Assembly (NCBI GenBank): GCA_002189035.1
Contig: NEEC01000011.1
Span: forward strand, 124,001-188,000
DNA: 64,000 nt
DNA from: Utricularia gibba
Lineage: Eukaryota; Plantae; Magnoliophyta
Direction of reading: 5' to 3'
Every line of letters begins with the position of its first letter. Position 1 is the stretch's first letter. This document shows, one piece after another, positions 38,480 through 51,203 of the stretch. The translations under genes and the position numbers were made by a program. A model generated the notes under the pieces. The model was not told the origin of the DNA. It searched no databases and saw only the letters and a list, made by a program, of their open reading frames with translations.

Positions 38480-41261
38480 AGATAACACACAAATTTGCCT
38501 ACTTTTATGATATTAAAATTATAACCTTTTAAGTATGTTTTAGATGTTTATTTTATAGTTTTAATTATTCTACAAAAATTTAATAAATATGTAATTTTTT
38601 TGTGTTGTTATAACCCAATTGTGAGCCCACAGCAAGGCATGAGATCAGAGCTAAAACATGGATTTCATGCAAGCAGCTAATTGCTGAAGGAGCAGTATAA
38701 AAAGAAGGGACAATGAGTGCACTGTCGCTGCTTGCAGTCTGTAGGTTCAGTACGGATGTCAGGAATAGGGTGGAAAATGGAAAAAAAATGAAGATATGTT
38801 TTTTGGAGAGAGAAGAGGAAGAAAAATGGAACCAAACCCCAGGAAGGGGAGGAAAAACATGAAGAAAGAAAGAAGAAGACGATTTTCTAGAAGAAAAATA
38901 TCAAATGTGAAGAACAAGCACCAAAATCCAGTTAAGCACTATTGTTCCGAACTGTGAACAGTAGCAAACGGAGAACAGGACTATTCTAATTTGTTTTCTT
39001 TTACTTGCTGAATATTTGGCCATGATTGTTTGTTGAGTAATGTTTGAGATGCTCTATTCAATTTATGTTTATGAAATCATGCTTTTTATCTTGAACATGA
39101 GTGGCTAGATCTTAAGGATGTCTTAAGGTATAAAATGGTGATGTGGGGGCTAGCGTTCATAAGAAAATTGATTAATATCTCTTAGATTTCGTTTCTATCA
39201 TTTTTCGAGTGAACCTAAGGGGGAAATGACTAGTTTCGCAACTCATATGCTCTATTTAGAGGTAAACCAACAAATCAAGGTGGGAATAGTAGGTGTTAGT
39301 CCTAAATAGAATCAATAGAAATGGGTAGATCTAGTTCTACATATTTCGCACATGGGTAGACCTAAGGGTGAGATGAGTGATGAAATCAAGGGTTATGTGA
39401 ACCAAAAACATGGCATTACCTGAGTATATTTACATTATTTGGAGTTGTGAGAATAGAAACATTATACATTAAATAAAGACCTTAGTACTACATCACCTTG
39501 ATAGCACACAAATTTTCGTGTTTTTAGGATATGAAAATCATGAGTTTTTAATTAAGTTTAGTTGTTTATTTTATAATTTCAAGTATTTTTATATATAATT
39601 TAGGGAAATGTGACTTTTGGTGTGTTAGTGGGCTAAATCCTTTGATTAGGCCCAACCATGTTCTAACCCAATTTTGAGCCTAGCAGCTACCCAAAAATCA
39701 TGGAAAAGTCAAGGATTTCGTGTATGTTACCACGCACCAGGAAGTAATGAATACACTATCCTGACAACAATCTGCAAGTCAGGGGCAAGAACAGCAGATT
39801 GTCAGAGAATGTACTTGCCTTGGGTAGTGGGAGGCGAGAGAAAGGGAGAGGAGAGAGAATCGCAAGGGGATAACGTGTTTTTCAGAATACACATGGCGGG
39901 ATTTTTCCCTCCAACATTCAACAACCTCCAGGGGAGGGGGGACAACTTCTCCATCAACAACAACACCTCCAACACGAAGAACACCAACTAGAAGAGGAGA
40001 AGAAGAACTTCATCCTCAAGAACAGCATCAGAACTAGTTCAGTGCTACTATTCCGGTCCAAGAACAGTAGCAGACGGAAACAAGACTTCTTACTGCTTTG
40101 ATTTCGTTTGTTAATGTTTTTAGTTTCTGCATCCAACTTCTACACAATGTTCTTAACATTTTCGTTGTTTTATGTTAATGTCATTACTTTTTACCTTCCA
40201 AATATGAGTAGCTAAAGCCCAAGGGGTGCCTTGAGGTGAAGCATGATGGTGTGAGTCTAGGAATCTTAATAGAATTCACCATTATTTCTTAGTTCTTGTT
40301 TTTATCAAGCCATGGGTAGACCTAAGGAGGGGAACAAGTGGTTTCACAATTTAGATGCTTGATTTAGAGGTAGACCAACAAATCAAGACGAGAGCAATAG
40401 GTGTTAGTCTGGGGTAGAACCAATAGAACCGGGTAACCTAGTTCTATATGATTTGCATGCAGGTAGACCTAATTGCAATGTTGGTGATGATATGGGGGAC
40501 TAGCTTAGCCGAAAATATGATGAATGACCTGGGTAGACTAAGGTTAATTGAAATTGTGAGTGCAGGAACATGGTAGATTAGATTAGGGATTTTGACACTA
40601 TACCACCTGTAGACCCTTAAGGCACCTTAATATTATTCTGAGTTAGAACCAGTACTTGTTATCTTAGCGTTGAGACCTGATATTGTTTACTGATCTTGTT
40701 TACCGAACTTATTTACCACTGTTGGTCCGAGCTTAGACTAAGACTTATCGTTACTTTGAATTCTACATCTGCTAATATACATCTGCTAATATACATGACA
40801 AGCACAAGCTCCTTGTGATCGACCCCGACATCCACTATACAAGTTTTCTAAATTTGTATTTTGTGTAGATTAGGGCTGATAAATGTATTTGATATGGAAG
40901 TTTGCTTTAATTGCAACGATATGCTAAAATTTCCGTTTATCACACCTACACCACCTCGAGGCATCTTAGTATTATTTTATACTTAGAAGTTGTATTTGTT
41001 ACTTATTGTCTACATTTAGATTTCATCGTAGTTATTAAACTTGTCTACTGCTGATAGTCAAACTTTGAACTAAGAGTATCACGTTTATTCTATAATCTTG
41101 CATCTACTAAAACATACAACAAACACTTGCTTCTTGTGATCGACCGTGAATTCCACTTTACATTTCATGTTTAATTTATATTTTGTGAGGATTAGAGATT
41201 ATAAATTTATTTGATACAAAAATTCTATTTTTGCAACAACATTAGGAATTTTTATTTATCA
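38480..41261 (+). mobile_element. Older solo LTR, family A, inserted in CRM pol and itself interrupted
   Basis: Starts (A)GATAACACAC and ends TTTATTTATCA, with a degenerate TSD (ATGAC/AGAC). The CRM pol frame ...QDD|LLFKMNNLCIPQCSIR resumes after it. Confidence 0.8.
39499..40942 (+). mobile_element. Solo LTR, family A, nested in the same-family LTR
   Basis: TGATAGCACAC...TTCCGTTTATCA (1444 bp), perfect TSD CACCT. Internal perfect 14-bp duplication at 40766-40793. Confidence 0.93.
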
Positions 41262-42060
41262 AGACTTGCTTTTCAAGATGAACAATTTATGCATCCCTCA
41301 ATGTTCCATTCGAGAGTTTTGATAAAGGAAGCTTGTGGTAGAGGAATTATGGGATACTTTGGGGACATCAAAATGCTTGAGATATGCTCCAATAACATTT
41401 CTTTTAAGCTTACCATGAACTTAAAAAGGAAATGATTCAATATTTGTAATAGTTGATAGGTCATCTAAGATGACACATTTCATTACTTGCCACAAAACTG
41501 ATTACACTAACCATATTACTAATGTATTCTTTAGGGAGCTTGTTAGGCTTTATGATATGCCACTTGCAATTGTAAGTAATTGAGATACCAAGTTTCTCAT
41601 CCACTTTTTGCGCACATTTTGGAATAAGTAGTGAATAAAGCTTCTTTTCTCTACCACTATCATGCACAAACTGATGAACAGATCTAGGTAATAAATTGAA
41701 TCTTATCTACCTTACTTGTTACAATCAAAGACAAAGAAACATAGCAAGAAAAGTTATAATTCCCATAAGATTGGGTTTGGGTAAATTTATGAAAGGAAAG
41801 ATTTCTAAGAGATAATAAAAACTTTCACCTCTAGGAAATGACACTTTTCAAGTTATTAAGAAAATCGATGACAATGTTTACAAAATTGACCTATCAGATG
41901 AGTTTTTTGTTCATTCTACATTCAACATTACTCACTTGATTTCTTGTGATGTAGATGGTGATGAGTCAAGGATGAATTTGCTAAAGAAAGGGGGGATAAG
42001 ATCATGGATACCAAAGACAAGGAGAATGAAGATGAAGTAAACAAAACTAATAATACTCTG

Positions 42061-44966
42061 TGTTGGTGTATGTGTTCTAGAGACAATCAATTCATTGGCA
42101 AATCTTATCCTTTGATGTTTACCTTGAATTGTGATCAAACATCATTGATAAAATTCTCTACTTGATCTATGTGCTACACAAATTATGATGAGATCATAAT
42201 GTGAGATTCTTCAAGCATTTATGTTCAAGTTAAAAACTCCATGGCTAGAGTGTTTGTGAAATGAGGATATCACAAATACGGATACGCTGGCACACATTGA
42301 GTTCCCTAAACTGTTTAGGCAATAGTTCTCACAATTGATGTAATAAGATTACTAAAACCTATGTGTGGGTGCTGATTAGAGAATCGATTCACTGGATGAC
42401 TCATCTTCAAGATGCTACTATGGGAAGCTATCCAAGTGTTAGTAGGAAGATCTCGAATATGACAGCCATCCAAGTAAGCTTAGACTTTATGTCAACAAAG
42501 TTATCTTGATCTTAAGCTCACATTTTCGCTCATTACTAATGGGAGCTTAACCATGGCTTGCCTAGTATGGATGAGTAGGGATGTGACTTCTTAAGGTTGG
42601 AGATAGTTGATTGATCAATAAAAGATTCATCACTCATGTTAGCGATGAGATCATATCTCAAGTAATTACATCAAATCCTAACAGTAAGTCCTGGGTCCAA
42701 GGTAATGACACTCGAATTGTTTGAGTAGGTCATTGTGTGTTAGTGCTTGAATGCAATTATAAGTTCGATACATCAGAAAGACACACACCCATGTTCTGGT
42801 ACCGAATGAGATATAAGTATGATGAAAGTTGTTTATTGCATGGTGGCTGGTCATGAAAAGGCTCAATCAGTTCACCTGATTATTCTTACATCTTGGGGAT
42901 CATGATATATTGTTAGATATCACTCATGATCGATAATGATGGATTTGATTAATTAAGAATTAATTAATAAATTCATTATTACGTCCTTGATTGAAGAACC
43001 TGATAAATGGAAATTTTCCTAATATCGTTGCAAATAAAAATAGAAAATCCGTATCAAATAAATTTATAATCCCTAATCTATACAAAATACAAATTTGGAA
43101 AACTTGTATAGCGGATATCGGAGTCGATCACGAAGAGCTTGTTCTTGCTAAGTGTTTTAGTACATGCATAATTTCGGATAACAGTAGATCTTAGTCTAAG
43201 CTCGGACTAACAGTGGTAAACAAGTTCAGTAAACAAGGTAGGTAAGCAATATCAGGTTTCTACGCTAAGGTAACAGGTACTGGTTTTGACTCAAACTAAT
43301 ACGAGGACGCCTTAAGGATCTGCGAGTGGTGCCATACTAAGGTTCCTAACTTAATTTGTTATCTTCCTACACTCACAACTTCAAATATCCTAGGTCTACC
43401 CAGGTCATTCATCATATTTTTGGCTTAAGCTAGTCCCCAATATCATAACCAACATTGCAATTAGGTCTACCAGCATGCAAGGTATATAGAACTAAGTCTA
43501 CCCGGTTCTACTGGTTCTACCCTGGACTAACACCGACTGCTCCCGTCTTGGTTTATTGGTCTACCTCTAAACCAAGCTTCTAAGTTGTGAAACTACTTGT
43601 TTCCCTCCTTAGGTCTACCCATGGTTTGTTAGAGACAAGAGTTAAGGAATACACATAAATTTCATCATTAACCCTAAGAACACACCACACCCCTTCACCT
43701 TAAGGCATCCCTAAGACTCTAGCCACTCATGCTTTGGAAATAAAACACGATTTCATTCACATAAGCTAGCCAAAATGGCAGAAACATTGTAACAAGTCAA
43801 ATGCAGAAGCTTGAAATGTTCAGAAAAACAGAAAGCAAATAGATAATGTTTTTCCGCCCGCTATCTACTGTTCACAGCCCTAAACAATAGTGCTGGACTG
43901 GGCTCCGGTGCTGTTCTTGATGATGAAGGCCTCCCTTCCCCCTCTCCTGATTCAGTACTCGTCGTGTTGGGGGAGAAGCCCCCTCCTTGGGTCTGCCCCT
44001 CTTCTCTTCCTTCTCCCCTCTCCAAAAATATCTTCACATCTCTTTTCCATTTTTCAAAATCAGTCCACTGTTTCTGACATCCGTACTGTTCCTAGCCTGA
44101 ACCTGCAGACTATAGGCGGCTGAATATTAATCATGTCTCCTCCTTGTGTCTTGTGCCCCTTCTTCCAAATCTCCGCATGCACGAAATTCATGTCTCCTCC
44201 CTAATTTTAGAACTTTGCTACTTGACTAGAAAAATGTTAATAACATGCGATGGGCTAAATCTAAATCCATTAACACATAAAATCACATTATGTCCTAAAA
44301 TTTGGTAAAAATACTAAAAACTATAAGATAAACACTTAAAACATGATTCAAAAGCATAATTTTCTTACTCTAATAATAGAAAAATTCGTGTGTTATCAGA
44401 ATCATATAGGGTCACACACAATAGTGCAGTCACTCATCAATATAAAATAGAATGACACAATTACATGAGATGTAATTGCTAAAGTTGATAAATTAAATAG
44501 ATAGTCATTTTGAGATTAATATTGATTAAACTCAAAATAAAAGATCTTGTATAGATAAGATTTGAAATATATACATATCTCCACACGATGATATCTTTGT
44601 GAAGATTTGATTTGATATGTCACCAAACATCTATCAAAAGATTCAGATCTACAGATCTGCAGTAACCTACTTAGGTCTTTGTGCTCTCTGAGACTGATCC
44701 ACAAGGAGGCGTTTTTCTCTAGTAGCATCTGAGAAATTCGACCAACATTCAAGAGACTTGAGAAAGTTATCAACGGAGTCCTCCACGTGTGGATACCATA
44801 GAGACCGTCTACTATTGGCGGTTGGTGAACAACGGAGTCATTTGAAAGGATTTCAGCATCCCTGTATTCGTTGTATACCATATTCCAAGATCTGTGTTTG
44901 GGGTTTCTCAAAATTTTTAAAATTCCGCTGCTTTTAAGACATATAATGTCTACGAGAAACCCAACA
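42061..44966 (+). mobile_element. Solo LTR, Angela/BARE-like copia (~1.5 kb net), inserted in the CRM 3' region
   Basis: Starts TGTTGGTGTATGTGTTCTAGAGACAAT (resembles the BARE-1-type start as recalled) and ends GAAACCCAACA. TSD CTCTG/CTTTG. Confidence 0.75.
43001..44398 (-). mobile_element. Solo LTR, family A, nested in the Angela-like LTR
   Basis: TG...CA termini; TSD GAACC/GAATC. Confidence 0.9.
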
Positions 44967-45944
44967 CTTTGATAGGTTCACTTGGTCCAATCACAAGATC
45001 TGGAGCATGAAGGAATCAAAAAGTTTGTTAAGTGTGATCTTAAGAACACATTAAATGTCATTTTCTAGGTTCAAATGTCATTAGAAATGTTTAATTAAGT
45101 GTTTATAATATAAGTTTTAGGTTTCATTTAGATTAATATAATTGTCTTAATTAATGTGTGATATCTAATCTTTTTAGTTTAGTTTAGTTTAAGATTTGTT
45201 AAAGGTTCTTAAGGGATTATGGACTAATGAACTGAATTATGAAGAATATGCCTTGAGTTCAACGTACCAAACATGAATATGCTCATTTATCTATCTATAT
45301 AATAAGAGATTCACTTTTATTGATGTACAATTTTCGTTTTAATTTATTTTGAAATCATGCTCTATACTTCCAGTTATTATAGAAGTTTATATGTATCAGG
45401 GTTTGTTTATGATGTCTAGTGTGGTTTATAAATCTTATCTTCTTCTTTTTATGTGGGATTGACATAATTTTTATACATTAAATTTTAAAGATATTCATTT
45501 CTTGAGAGTCAAATTTTTTTTATTGAAGGATTGTTTTACTGCAAACTCAAGATTTAATTTATCAAATACTTATTTGAAGGGTAATTTCCAACAAAGAATG
45601 ATGGCGAGGCTAGTCGCAGTTATTAGATGGTAATGAAGAAGCGACAAATGAATAACATGAAGGAGTCACATGGATGGGGGCGTCCACCACCCGCTGTCGG
45701 TCTGTTGTCGGCTCTCTTCATCGAACATCTGCCTGCTCTCTCCACCTCGTCGTAAAGGTGCCCTTTCGTTTCTCTTTCTTGCTCATAGAACAGCGATTAA
45801 GAACATCAGCAATGGAAAATTCATCCAACAAGCATCATACAAATTATCGATTATTCTGGGTATTGCTACAAGGTAAGAAACGACATCAATTCCACCAGCA
45901 TTTTGCCCGTGCACCCGGGTGGTAAGATTTATGCGAAGAAGACT

Positions 45945-46379
45945 TCAAAGTGCTAATACGAAGAAGAGAAGGGGACATAAGATTGGAAGAGGAGTGATGG
46001 CGAGGCGGGTGCCCGGAGAGGGAAAGTTGTTGGAGGAGGAGCCGGACGCCGCCGGAGGAGGATTGTAGGGGTAGAACGGGAAGTAAGGGAAAATTGGGTT
46101 AGGAGGGGGCGGACCAGGGTAATAGGACCCACCGCTGGCGGGCGGATAATAGTAAGTCTGATGCGGAGACGGCGGCGGGTAGTAGTAGTAATAGCCGCCA
46201 GTGGGAGGTAGAGGCGAAGGCGGGGAGGAGGGATGAAAGGGAGGAGATGACGGGATCGGCTGACAAGGGTTTTCGCAGGAGGAGCACATAGTGCAGCTCA
46301 TCTGCTCCGCGGCCGCCGGCGATGGGAACCCGCCGGAAAATGAGAAGAGCAAGTTGAAAAAGATGAGAAGCGGTGCCAT
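45945..46379 (-). CDS. Intronless proline-rich (short extensin/HRGP-like) secreted protein, probable GPI anchor, 144 aa
   Basis: Signal peptide MAPLLIFFNLLFSF..., Cys motif CTMCSSCENPCQP, SPP and YYYYYPPP repeats, conserved GPPPPNPIFPYFPFY, hydrophobic C-terminus. The upstream in-frame ATG at 46475 is a less likely start. Confidence 0.85.
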   Translation of the reverse strand: MAPLLIFFNLLFSFSGGFPSPAAAEQMSCTMCSSCENPCQPIPSSPPFHPSSPPSPLPPTGGYYYYYPPPSPHQTYYYPPASGGSYYPGPPPPNPIFPYFPFYPYNPPPAASGSSSNNFPSPGTRLAITPLPILCPLLFFVLAL

Positions 46380-49300
46380 TGCGACACTTGAAAAAGCTTG
46401 AGGACTGGGGATATAAAATAGAATGGGTGAGAGATTCTGTGGGGAGAAAGGACAGGGAGAATGGACCAGGAGCAATCACGCTGCGGCTGGGCCTCTCTTG
46501 TCACCATTCAGAACTGCTTCGCCAAAAAGTTCAATAAGTTCTCGAATACAATGAATAATTACTGATCCAGGCGATACAGTTAAGGGAGCATTTAGCATTT
46601 TCATTTTTTGTGAAAATTTATCATTCAATTAGCCTGATTTCAATTATTTATTTACCAAATAATCCTACTCTTTATATGATAGGAGATTATATTTAAAGAA
46701 TAAAAATAATTAATTATATTTACAATATAATATATGATAAAAATATAAATTTAAATATATATCTTTAAAATTCAATTAAAAATCTCATGAATTAAAATAT
46801 CAATGAATCATACATACAAGTAACTCGAGATTAGAGAATTTAAAAAAGTATGAATTTGAAGCATACAATCAAATTCAAATTTTAATAAATTTCATACTTC
46901 GATAATCATGAATAACATCAAAAAATAATTAAGCATTAATGGTGGCTATATTTATTCAAATTTTTTTAAATATATAGATGTTGATTAGGTTTAAAGGATA
47001 TCCAAACAATCATGCACATTACTATGAACAACACTTACGTACACTAGTTATCGTATGCAAAATAGATGCAATATGAAACAAATGTGTAATTTCATAAAAG
47101 TGTTTTAAAAACATAATTTTCATGTTTCAAACTACATTTAATAAAAAATTATCATCACCTGGATGATCATAAAAAGCAAACGATATTTAACAAATACATG
47201 AAAAAACAAATTGATAAGTTGGATAATAAATACTACTCAAAATCTTTATATAAGATAAAAATCATTTTTATAAATTCATTAAACTTCATAATTTTTAAAA
47301 AACGAAATGAGTCATGAAATTATAACCTGTAAAAAATTTATAAAATTTAATAAGAGCATTTTTATAAGGAATAAAAAATCGTAATATATCATATATAAAA
47401 TTTCATGTAGTTGGACAATTAATTTTAAAACAATAAGAAATATTTCTTTTTTAATCAATCTTTTTAAATTTATCTATTCTATTAGATGTAACTCTAATTG
47501 TACTAATTAAATCGGGAATAAGAAATAAAAAGTTTTTACATTCTTTCAAACTACTTTAAATATACAAATTTAAAATATGATAAGTATACCTAGTGTGGAA
47601 AAAATACTATTTAATATGCGATTCATGCTATTTTTCAAAAGCTCAATGACATTTGTATTAGAAGACACGTTATCTAAAGAAATGAAAAAACTGAATAAAA
47701 AATTTCATAATATGCGGTTATTTCTTCTATGATTTTTGTAATAAAAAAACATTATGTGGTAATAACTATTTTTGAAAAGTTAAAATTTATTTTTTATACC
47801 ACAAAAAATATCGACCCAAGAACAAGTAATAATAATATGACTTTTATTGTTATAAACTTTCCAACCATTGCAATTTTACCAAAAATTACATTATAGAGAT
47901 TTAAAATTAAAAATTAAATAATTACGTATGTTTTTAAAATTAAGTGTAATATTACGAACATTTTTTTACAAAAGTTTTTGTAACCCGATTGAGTATATTT
48001 CTATATATCATCAAAAAAATTCAATTAATAAAAAATAAGTTCATTAAGTATCAAATAACATATAATAATAATTTGAAAAAGCTTAGAATTGAAAAAAATA
48101 ATTCGATACTATTATCACTCCCTAAACATAACTTCATTTAGTAAGTTTGAGATAATTTATCATTATATTTCTTTCTAATATGTCTTTTATATGTACCGAT
48201 TTCCAACTCTTTTTGTAAGTGTATTGCTTATAACAATACTTGCTTATTTCTCAGGACTAGAAATAACAAGATGATCTTGAATATCCAAAAAGTCATCATT
48301 GTCATTTCTCAATATTTTCTGATATAAAAGATTCGATGAGGTTGAATAACCCACTTTTTGAGAACCACAAAATCATCATATTCGGATAACGGGCTAGATT
48401 CAAAATCTTGCAAAAGTAAAAGTTCTTCACCCAAACCTAAATGTAAATCGTTTTCGAAAACACAAGATATAGTAGAACCTACTTGAAAAACTTTGGAAGA
48501 ATTTTGTAAATCAAATCTGTCCATTTTGTAAGAAATAAGAAAACAGTATACTACTAGCACAAAACTATATTATAAAAATATTATCGTTCATGGCTAACTG
48601 ATGTCGTCCAAATTGGAATTTCGAAAGTACCTTCAAGCACAAATTGTATTTAGAAGTTGAAATAAAATTCTTACTAAGATAAGTGAAAAGTGTACTAAGA
48701 GAGAGTATGTTAAAATTATATGATATTCATAAAATATATGTAGATAATTTTTTATTAAAAAATAGGAATGGATATTAAATATTTTATGCATAAACTAGCC
48801 ATTACCCATGGTTAGCAATATATATATCTATTTGTTATTTTAATAATTCGTAACATATTTTATATTTTTTTAATCTTATTTTGATTTTATATTAACCAAC
48901 AAATATTGATAGTTGTTTATAAAAAAGCAACATGACCATTGGATGATTTGCTTTATATTTAATGAATATTTTGAATATTTTAAAATAAATCAACTGTTCA
49001 CCGTTTTGATAACCATACAAGAACCGTAACCATGGTTTTCGTTCAAACCACGGTTCCATCCTTCAATACAATTTCAACTTCAAAAGCTTGCTGATAAATG
49101 GAAATTTCCTAATGTCGTTGCAAAAATAAAAATTTCGTATCAAATAAATTTATAAGGTTTAATCTACACAAAATACAAATTTAGAAAACTTGTATAGTGG
49201 ATGTCAGGGTCGATCACAAAGAGTTTCTACTTGCTAAGCATTTTAGTAAATACATAATTCCAAATAACAGTAGATCTTAGTCTAAGCTCGGACTAGCAGT

Positions 49301-50575
49301 GGCAAGTGAGTTCAGTAAATAAAATCAGGTTTCAATTTTAAAATGCATAACTTAATGTACAATGTCTTTATACTCACAACTTCAAATAACCCAAGTCTAC
49401 CCAAGTCATTCATCATATTTTCTGCTAAGCTAGTCCCTAATATTATCACCAACATTGCAATTAGATCTAACCGCATGCAAAGTGTATAGAACTAGGTCTA
49501 CCCGGAACTACTAGTTCTACTCCATACTAACACCAATAGTTCTCGTCTTTATTTGTTGGTCTACCTCTAAATTAAGCATCTTAGTTCTGAAGCTACCTGT
49601 TCCCCTCATTAGGTCTACCTATGGATTGATAGAAACAAGAAGTAAGAAACAATGATGAATTTTAGTAAGAATCCTATATCCACACCTTCATGCTTCACCT
49701 TAAAACATTCAGAGGGTTCTAGCTACTCATACTTTGAAGTCAAAACATGATAATATTAACATAAAGCAACGAAAATGTCAAGAATACGATGAAAGAGTTG
49801 GTTGCAGAAACTGAAAACATCAACAAATGAAAATAAAACAGTAAGAGTTCTGATTTCCATCTGCTACTGTTCCCTGGCCGGAACAGTAGCGCTGGACTGT
49901 GCTCTGATGCTATCCTTGAGGATGAAGTTCTTCTTCTCTCCTGGTTCAGTACTCATCGTGTTGGGGGAGAAGCCCCCTTGTGCACTCCCTATTCGCTACA
50001 TGTTCCCTCTTTTTCAAAAAATATCTTCCCTCATTTACTCCATTGCACTGTTCCTGACACCAACACTGCTCATAGCCTAAACCTGCAGATTGTGGACGGT
50101 AGAACAGTGCATTATATCTCCTCTTTTAGTGTTGCTCATTCTTCCAAATCTCTACATGCACGAAATTGTTGTCTCCTCCCTAATTTTCGAACTTTGCTGC
50201 TGGACTAGAAAAAATGTTAATAACATGGGATGGGCTAAATCAAGGGATTTAGCCCATTAACACATAAAATTATATTATGTCCTAAAATTTGGTAAAAATA
50301 CTAAAAACTATAAGATAAACATTTAAAACATGATTCAAAAGCATAATTTTCTTATTCTAATAATAGGAAAATTCGTGTGTTATCACACTATGCTACAACG
50401 ACACCAAACTTGTCCTCAAGTTCAAACTAAGACTAATAAAATCCTGTTTTCGAAATTATTCATGACAGACATGAATGACCATGTTTAGATTTCAGATGCA
50501 TGAATCATGGGTGTGCTTGTGTGCAAAATAGGTAATACTCCAGCATGCATGAATAGATTCTTCTTGGAGAGTGCT

Positions 50576-50638
50576 TTCAAAGATTAAAACAATGAATTAA
50601 CATATTCAAAGATTAAAACAATGAATTAACATATTCAA
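50576..50638. repeat. Perfect 29-bp tandem duplication
   Basis: ttcaaagattaaaacaatgaattaacata x2 plus ttcaa. Confidence 0.9.
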
Positions 50639-51203
50639 CTCAATAGGTTTTTTCGTTTCATGCATCTATCCCTCTTTTTTTTTTCATATATATGAGATAG
50701 TGAATGAACAAACATTTCAAAATCAATCTAGGCATAATTTCAAGACATCTCTTAATACGAAGAGTGTTGACCAAGCACTCTCACCTTATAACTTCAGGTC
50801 TACTTCCGCTCCTCTAAACTAATTCATCCTTGCTTATTCATTCACTTCTCAATGAGTCTACACACGCTTTTAAATTATTTGTTGCTTTTTAGACTCGGGT
50901 CTCATCGCTTTTCAAATGATGATGCTTTTCTTGACCCTTATTCTCTTTTCCTTTTTTTTTTTCACTAACAATCACTAATCCTTGCACCAATGAAATATAT
51001 CAACTCATGAAAACAAATGTAGATTGCACTCTCTAGGTTCCTCTAATCATGCTTGCACTCACGTAAGAAAATAATTGAGATTCATGCTCACAAGGTTTCA
51101 AAAGGCTTCAAACAAAGCTCATGCATCCTAATCATCACAAGATTATCATGTTCAACATTTTAAAGATTCCATCCTTGCATCTCCTCCACCAATATGGATC
51201 ATC

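Larger units (their letters stand above)
37960..45250 (+). mobile_element. CRM-clade (centromeric-type) Ty3 remnant split by nested insertions
   Basis: RNase H at 37960-38479 (ECDASGVG...YPTYDKELCSLVR...WKHYLW...SDHKSLKH). Integrase at 41262-42000 ([23 protein letters not shown]; DDNVYKIDL...SRMNLLKKGG). CR motif GPITRS after 44972. The right boundary is approximate. Confidence 0.85.

Noticed and set aside
39674-40136. Small ORFs recurring in family A LTRs (also 43890, 49802, 55877)
   Set aside because: Low-complexity purine/pyrimidine tracts; frames and lengths are not conserved between copies.
45670-45925. + strand ORFs and a strong donor (AG|GTAAGA near 45872) convergent on the Pro-rich gene
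   Set aside because: No recognisable protein or downstream exon; likely 3' UTR or intergenic sequence.
46099-46507. Alternative-frame ORFs over the Pro-rich gene
   Set aside because: By-products of the GC-rich coding sequence.
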